From: Arenimonas sp.
GTDB taxonomy: Bacteria > Pseudomonadota > Gammaproteobacteria > Xanthomonadales > Xanthomonadaceae
Direction: 5' to 3'
Length of the DNA: 64,000 nucleotides
NCBI GenBank assembly: GCA_026398695.1
Contig: JAPLSJ010000032.1
Coordinates: 11,271-75,270, forward strand
Under the pieces are notes generated by a model. That model had not been told where the DNA came from and made no database searches. It saw only the letters and a list, made by a program, of their open reading frames with translations. A program made the position numbers and the translations under genes. Below are positions 58,690 through 64,000 of the stretch, one piece after another (position 1 is the stretch's first letter; every line of letters starts with the position of its first letter).

Positions 58690-59928
58690 TCAGATCTTCC
58701 GGAACACCAGCGTGCCGTTGGTGCCGCCGAAGCCAAAGCCGTTGGACACCGCCACGTCCACGCTGGCCTGGCGCGCCACGTTCGGCACGTAGTCCAGGTC
58801 GCAGCCTTCGCCAGGCTGGTCGAGGTTGATGGTGGGCGGGATAACGCCGGTGTGCAGCGCCATCACCGAGAACACCGCCTCGACGCCGCCGGCGGCGCCC
58901 AGCAGGTGGCCGGTCATGGACTTGGTGGAGCTGACCATCATCTTGTAGGCGTGGTCGCCGAAGGCCGACTTGATGGCCATCGTCTCGCCCAGGTCGCCCA
59001 GCGGCGTGGAGGTGCCGTGGGCGTTGAGGTAGCCGACCTGTTCGGCGTTGATGCCCGCGTCCTTCATCGCCGCACGCATGCAGCGCGACGCGCCGTCGCC
59101 GTTCTCGCTGGGCGCGGTCATGTGGAAGGCGTCGGAGCTGGCGCCGAAGCCGGCCAGCTCGCAGTAGATGCGGGCGCCGCGGGCCTTGGCGTGTTCGTAT
59201 TCCTCCAGGATCAGGATGCCGGCGCCGTCGCCGAGCACGAAGCCGTCGCGGTCCTTGTCCCAGGGCCGCGAAGCGCGGGTGGGATCGTCGTTGCGGGTGG
59301 ACATGGCCTTCATCGAGCAGAAGCCACCCACCGAGGTCGGCGTGCAGCCGTGTTCGGCGCCACCGGCCACCATGATGTCGGCGTCGCCGTACTGGATCAT
59401 GCGCATCGCGATGCCGATGGAGTGGTTGGCGGTGGCGCAGGCCGAGACCGCCGAGAAGTTCGGGCCCTTGATGCCCTTGATGATCGTCAGCTGGCCCGGC
59501 AGCATGTTGATGATGGTGCTGGGCACGTAGAACGGCGACACCTTGCGCGGACCGCCCTCGTGCAGGGTGATCGCGGTGTCCTCGATGCCGCGCACGCCAC
59601 CGATGCCGGCGCCGATGATGGCGCCGATGCGCTCGGCGTTGGCATCGGTCACTTCCAGGCCGGCGTCGTCCATCGCCTGGAAACTGGCGGCCAGCCCGTA
59701 GTGGATGAAGGTGTCCATCTTCTTGACGTCCTTGGGCGGCAGGAAGGACTTGGGATCGAAGTCACGCACTTCGCCGGCGATGCGGGTCGCGTAGGCGGAG
59801 GCGTCGAAATGGGTGATCGGGCCGATGCCACTGCGGCCGGCCTGGATGCTGTCCCAGGCCGCAGCCAGGGTGTTGCCGATGGGCGAGACGATGCCCATTC
59901 CAGTGACGACGACGCGGCGATGGCTCAT
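58690..59928 (-). CDS. fabF: 3-oxoacyl-ACP synthase II
   Basis: [41 protein letters not shown]. Confidence 0.96.
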   Translation of the reverse strand: MSHRRVVVTGMGIVSPIGNTLAAAWDSIQAGRSGIGPITHFDASAYATRIAGEVRDFDPKSFLPPKDVKKMDTFIHYGLAASFQAMDDAGLEVTDANAERIGAIIGAGIGGVRGIEDTAITLHEGGPRKVSPFYVPSTIINMLPGQLTIIKGIKGPNFSAVSACATANHSIGIAMRMIQYGDADIMVAGGAEHGCTPTSVGGFCSMKAMSTRNDDPTRASRPWDKDRDGFVLGDGAGILILEEYEHAKARGARIYCELAGFGASSDAFHMTAPSENGDGASRCMRAAMKDAGINAEQVGYLNAHGTSTPLGDLGETMAIKSAFGDHAYKMMVSSTKSMTGHLLGAAGGVEAVFSVMALHTGVIPPTINLDQPGEGCDLDYVPNVARQASVDVAVSNGFGFGGTNGTLVFRKI

Positions 59929-60049
59929 GGCGGGCTCCGGTTTCCAGGTCTTGTGGCGTGCAGCTTGTGGCATGCGCCGGCGTATCGCGCGGGCGCCTGA
60001 AACGCGCAGGGCCGCGCAAGCGCGGCCCTGGCGTCGACACGTCGGGCGA

Positions 60050-60289
60050 TCAGGCCTTGACGTGGGCCTTGATGTAATCGATGGCCTGCTGGACCGAGGT
60101 GATCTTCTCGGCCTCTTCGTCCGGGATCTCGCACTCGAACTCTTCCTCGAGGGCCATGACCAGCTCGACGGTGTCCAGCGAGTCGGCGCCGAGGTCGTCC
60201 ACGAACGAGGCGTTCACGGTGACTTCGTCTTCCTTCACGCCCAACTGCTCGATGACGATTTTCTTGACGCGTTCTTCGATGCTGCTCAT
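60050..60289 (-). CDS. acpP: Acyl carrier protein
   Basis: [19 protein letters not shown]; GGAGGAG RBS. Confidence 0.97.
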   Translation of the reverse strand: MSSIEERVKKIVIEQLGVKEDEVTVNASFVDDLGADSLDTVELVMALEEEFECEIPDEEAEKITSVQQAIDYIKAHVKA

Positions 60290-60389
60290 GGATCTTCTCC
60301 TCCCGGAGCTTTTTGTTTTCGGGCGCATTGTAAACAAATGAAAGCCGCGGCGGGCGCCGGTGCTGCCGCGGGCGGGATCGGGTGGCGGG

Positions 60390-60416
60390 ATTCTAGCGCA
60401 AATCCAGCCAATGCAA
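60390..60416 (-). promoter_or_regulatory. Candidate internal promoter for acpP
   Basis: TTGCAT-15 nt-TAGAAT on the minus strand; the spacer is short, so tentative. Confidence 0.4.
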
Positions 60417-60420
60417 GGGC

Positions 60421-61164
60421 TTAGGGCATGTACATGCCGCCGTTGACGTGCAGGGTCTCGCCGGTGATGTAGGCCGCCGACGGGCCGGCCAGGAAAGCCA
60501 CCGCGCGGGCGATGTCGGCCGGCTCGCCCAGCCGGCCCAGGGCGATCTGGCCGACCAGCGCCTCGCGCGAGGCCTCGGGCAGGTCCTTGGTCATGTCGGT
60601 CTGGATGAAGCCGGGCGCGACCACGTTGACGGTGACGCCGCGGCTGCCGATTTCCTTGGCCAGCGACTTGCTGAACGCGATGATGCCGGCCTTGGCGGCG
60701 GCGTAGTTGGCCTGGCCGGCGTTGCCGGTGACACCGATGACGGAAGCGATGTTGATGATGCGGCCCTTGCGCGCCTTCATCATGCCGCGCATCACCGCCT
60801 TGGACGTGCGGAACACCGAGCTGAGGTTGGTGTCGAGGATGGCCTGCCAGTCCTCTTCCTTCATGCGCATCAGCAGGTTGTCGCGGGTGATGCCGGCGTT
60901 GTTGACCAGGATCGAAACCGCGCCGAACTCCTTGCCGATCTCATCGACGAGGGCGTCCACCGACGCGCTGTCGGTGACGTTGAGCACGCGCCCCGCCCCG
61001 CCGCTGGCGGCCAGGCGCGCGTGGATGGCTTCCGCGCCCGCCTGCGAGGTGGCGGTGCCGATGACGCGCGCGCCCAGCGATGCCAGCTCGTCGGCGATCG
61101 CGGCGCCGATGCCGCGGCTGGCGCCGGTGACCAGCGCGATTTCGCCTTTCAATACTTCAGTCAT
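60421..61164 (-). CDS. fabG: 3-oxoacyl-ACP reductase
   Basis: [27 protein letters not shown]. Confidence 0.96.
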   Translation of the reverse strand: MTEVLKGEIALVTGASRGIGAAIADELASLGARVIGTATSQAGAEAIHARLAASGGAGRVLNVTDSASVDALVDEIGKEFGAVSILVNNAGITRDNLLMRMKEEDWQAILDTNLSSVFRTSKAVMRGMMKARKGRIINIASVIGVTGNAGQANYAAAKAGIIAFSKSLAKEIGSRGVTVNVVAPGFIQTDMTKDLPEASREALVGQIALGRLGEPADIARAVAFLAGPSAAYITGETLHVNGGMYMP

Positions 61165-61229
61165 GGCAAGTCCTGTTCAGTGGCGTGTGGCCGCTCATGG
61201 CGCGGATGCACGCGGATAAGGGCGGAGGG

Positions 61230-62168
61230 TTACTTCCAGGCCTCGATGGCGGCTTCGAATTCGGCGGCGGTGCCCAGGGCACGCGCTTCGACCGACTTGT
61301 CGATGCGCTTGGCCAGGCCCGACAGCACCTTGCCCGGACCGCATTCGCCGATGACGTTGGCGCCGCGCGCCACCAGCGTCTGCACGCACTGCGTCCACAG
61401 CACGGGCAGGTAGAGCTGGCGCACCAGCGCCGCGCGCACGTCGGCGGCGCTGGAGTGGATGCGCGCGTCGACGTTCTGCACCACCGGGATGGACGCGTCC
61501 TGCCAGCGCATCGCCGCCATGACCTCGCCCAGGCGGTCGGCCGCTTCGCGCATCAGCGGCGTGTGCGACGGCACCGACACGGCCAGCTTCACGGCCTTGC
61601 GCACGCCGCGGGCGGCGAGTTCGGCCAGCGCGCGGTCCACCGCGGCGGCGTCGCCGCCAATGACGATCTGGCCGGGCGAGTTGTAGTTCGCCGGCACCAC
61701 CACGCCGTCGCCGGAAACCTGGGTGCAGACTTCCTCGACCATCGCGTCCTCGGCGCCCAGCACGGCGGCCATGGCGCCGGTGCCGGCGGGCACCGCGAGC
61801 TGCATCAGGCGGCCGCGCTCGCGCACCAGGCGGGCGCCGTCGGCCAGGCTGATCGAACCGGCGGCCACCAGCGCGGCGTATTCGCCCAGGCTGTGGCCGG
61901 CCAGCACGGCGGGGCAGGCGCCGCCCTGCGACAGCCAGGTGCGCCAGACGGCGACGCCGGCCGCGAGCAGCGCGGGCTGGGTGAATTCGGTCTGGTTGAG
62001 CTGTTCTTCCGGCCCCTGCTGGGACAGGGCCCAGAGGTCGACGCCGGCGCCTTCGGAGGCTTCCTCGAAGGTCTCGCGGACCAGCGGCTGCGCGGCGGCG
62101 AGGTCGGCCAACATGCCCAGGGACTGGGAGCCCTGGCCGGGGAATACGAAGGCAAGCATCTGGCTCAT
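61230..62168 (-). CDS. fabD: Malonyl CoA-ACP transacylase
   Basis: FPGQGSQ, GHSLGEY, NYNSPGQ, VSVPSH. Confidence 0.96.
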   Translation of the reverse strand: MSQMLAFVFPGQGSQSLGMLADLAAAQPLVRETFEEASEGAGVDLWALSQQGPEEQLNQTEFTQPALLAAGVAVWRTWLSQGGACPAVLAGHSLGEYAALVAAGSISLADGARLVRERGRLMQLAVPAGTGAMAAVLGAEDAMVEEVCTQVSGDGVVVPANYNSPGQIVIGGDAAAVDRALAELAARGVRKAVKLAVSVPSHTPLMREAADRLGEVMAAMRWQDASIPVVQNVDARIHSSAADVRAALVRQLYLPVLWTQCVQTLVARGANVIGECGPGKVLSGLAKRIDKSVEARALGTAAEFEAAIEAWK

Positions 62169-62276
62169 CACGGATCCGCTGGGTTCAATCGGCGAATGAT
62201 AAGCGACGTGCCGGCCAAGTCGTCTGTACCGGCGCGTAGGGTGCTGCGGCACGCGGCGCCGGGGCGCCGCGCCGGA

Positions 62277-63251
62277 TCAGTAGCGGATGAGCGCCGAGCC
62301 CCAGGTGAAACCGCCGCCGAAGGCTTCCAGCAGCAGCAGCTGGCCGCGCTGCACCTTGCCCGAGCGCACCGCTTCGTCCAGCGCCAGCGGCACCGAACCG
62401 GCCGAGGTGTTGCCGTGCTTGTGCACCGTGACGATCACCTGGTCCATCGGCATGTCCAGCCGCTTGGCGGTGGCTTCGATGATGCGCAGGTTGGCCTGGT
62501 GCGGGATCAGCCAGTCGAGGTCGGCCTTGGTCAGGCCGTTGGCGTTCAGCGCCTCGTCGACCACCGAGTCGAGCGCCTTCACCGCGTGCTTGAAGACTTC
62601 GTTGCCGCTCATCAGCACGCGCACGCCGGCGTTCTTTTCCTCGGGCTTGAAGCCCACGGAAACGCCGACCGGGTTGTACAGGAGTTCCTTCTTGCCGCCG
62701 TCCGCATGCAGGTGCGTGGACAGGATGCCGGCTTCGTCGGAAGCCTTGAGCACCACCGCGCCGGCGCCGTCGCCGAACAGCACGCAGGTGTTGCGGTCGG
62801 TCCAGTCGAGCATGCGCGTGAGCGTTTCGGCGCCCACCACCAGCACGGTTTTCGCCGTGCCGGCCCGGATGAACTGGTCGGCCACGCTCAGCGCGAAGAT
62901 GAAGCCCGAGCAGGCGGCATTGACGTCGAACGCGGCGCAGCCGTTGGCACCGATGCGGTGCTGCAGCAGGCAGGCGGTGGACGGGAAGATGAGGTCGGGC
63001 GTGGTGGTGCCGACGATGATCAGGTCGAGCTCGGCGGCGGTGACGCCGGCGGCTTCCATCGCCGCGATCGCGGCGCGCTCGGCCAGGTCGCAGGTGGTTT
63101 CGCCCTCGACCACGACGTGGCGCTGGCGGATGCCGGTGCGGCTGGCGATCCATTCGTCGCTGGTGTCAACGAACTGTTCGAGATCCTTGTTGGTCAGGAT
63201 CTTTTCCGGCAGGCCACTGCCGGTGCCGGCGATACGCGAAAAAACGGCCAT
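62277..63251 (-). CDS. fabH: 3-oxoacyl-ACP synthase III
   Basis: [34 protein letters not shown]; the start could be 63257. Confidence 0.96.
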   Translation of the reverse strand: MAVFSRIAGTGSGLPEKILTNKDLEQFVDTSDEWIASRTGIRQRHVVVEGETTCDLAERAAIAAMEAAGVTAAELDLIIVGTTTPDLIFPSTACLLQHRIGANGCAAFDVNAACSGFIFALSVADQFIRAGTAKTVLVVGAETLTRMLDWTDRNTCVLFGDGAGAVVLKASDEAGILSTHLHADGGKKELLYNPVGVSVGFKPEEKNAGVRVLMSGNEVFKHAVKALDSVVDEALNANGLTKADLDWLIPHQANLRIIEATAKRLDMPMDQVIVTVHKHGNTSAGSVPLALDEAVRSGKVQRGQLLLLEAFGGGFTWGSALIRY

Positions 63252-63419
63252 CCTCATCCCCTTGCCTGCCACTTGCCGCAGGCCGCGGCGGCGGAAGCCG
63301 TCGGGAGGCGACAGTCGGAAACGCGCGCGGCGGGACCAGGCCCGCCGCGTTGAGCATATGACGGAAACGCCCGGGGGCGAACCGCAGGAGCCAGGCCTGC
63401 CCGGAGGCAGGCGCCGGAC

Positions 63420-63614
63420 TCAGTCTTCGGACACCGCCGAGGACTTCACGTCGATGACCTTCTTGCCACGGTAGTAGCCGTCCTTGGTCACGTGGTGGCG
63501 GATATGCGTCTCGCCCGAGGTCGGGTCGGTGGACAGCTGCTTCGCGGAAAGGGCGTCGTGCGAGCGGCGCTGGCCGCGGCGGGACGGGGTGACGCGGGAC
63601 TTCTGGACGGCCAT
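63420..63614 (-). CDS. rpmF: 50S ribosomal protein L32
   Basis: [19 protein letters not shown]...GYYRGKKV. Confidence 0.96.
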   Translation of the reverse strand: MAVQKSRVTPSRRGQRRSHDALSAKQLSTDPTSGETHIRHHVTKDGYYRGKKVIDVKSSAVSED

Positions 63615-63627
63615 GGTCTATCTCCAA

Positions 63628-64000
63628 CTACTTCTTGTGTGCCTTCAACGCGGCGAGCGCGGCGAAAGGGTTCGGTTTTTCTTCTACCTCGACGTCGGCG
63701 GGCCATTCGGCCGAAACCTCCGTCGAGCGCGGATCTATGGGTACCACCGGGATGGCGAGGATCAGTTCGTCCTCGACCAGCTCGGCCGGGTGCAGCTCGC
63801 CGTTGCCATCGAGCAGGATCGGCTCCATCCCCTCCGGCAGCGCCGCTTCCTGCGCTTCGTCGGTGATCAGGCCGAGGCGCTGGAACAGCGAAACCGGATG
63901 CAGGAAACGCTCCAGCGTCCTTTGGCACAGCAGTGGCAGCTCGGCCTCGATGCGGATCTCGACGTACGGCAGGTCCAGCACGCCGTCACGCCCGAATTCC
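63628..64000 (-). CDS. yceD: YceD/DUF177 protein (5' truncated by window edge)
   Basis: CQRTL, VEDELILAIP, NPFAALAALK; directly upstream of rpmF. Confidence 0.92.
   Translation of the reverse strand, partial: EFGRDGVLDLPYVEIRIEAELPLLCQRTLERFLHPVSLFQRLGLITDEAQEAALPEGMEPILLDGNGELHPAELVEDELILAIPVVPIDPRSTEVSAEWPADVEVEEKPNPFAALAALKAHKK

Noticed and set aside
63252-63419. No plsX between rpmF and fabH
   Set aside because: Absence of plsX is a known trait of Xanthomonadales, and the short gap holds only hairpins with no gene remnant.

Overview
A gene-dense, very GC-rich stretch of chromosome with about 60 CDS and no rRNA, tRNA, CRISPR array, IS or prophage that I can support. Gene order points to a Xanthomonadales/Lysobacterales gammaproteobacterium; Arenimonas-like is my inference only. 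Core blocks are icd-CMD-grxC-bepA, phoB-phoR-ppk1-ppx, rlmJ, mfd, aqpZ, rlmKL, tesB and yceD-rpmF-fabH-fabD-fabG-acpP-fabF-pabB-pabC-mltG-tmk-holB-pilZ (no plsX). Accessory genes are two large secreted proteases (S8 and M12-like), a Yip1-MacAB-type exporter operon, a TPR-PAS-PAS-GGDEF cyclase, an orphan PotF and a putative capsule-synthesis protein. The best leads are four. (1) An ECF sigma factor with a transmembrane tail is cut by one in-frame TAG right after sigma-4, and a GTCAC...CGTC promoter motif lies upstream of it and also upstream of the Yip1-MacAB operon. (2) A four-unit Pho box precedes a GT4 glycosyltransferase plus PAP2 phosphatase pair, suggesting phosphate-sparing glycolipid remodelling. 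(3) Several genes look leaderless, and one promoter appears palindromic and bidirectional. (4) The S8 protease has a highly structured leader. All product calls come from motif recognition by eye; no database search was run.
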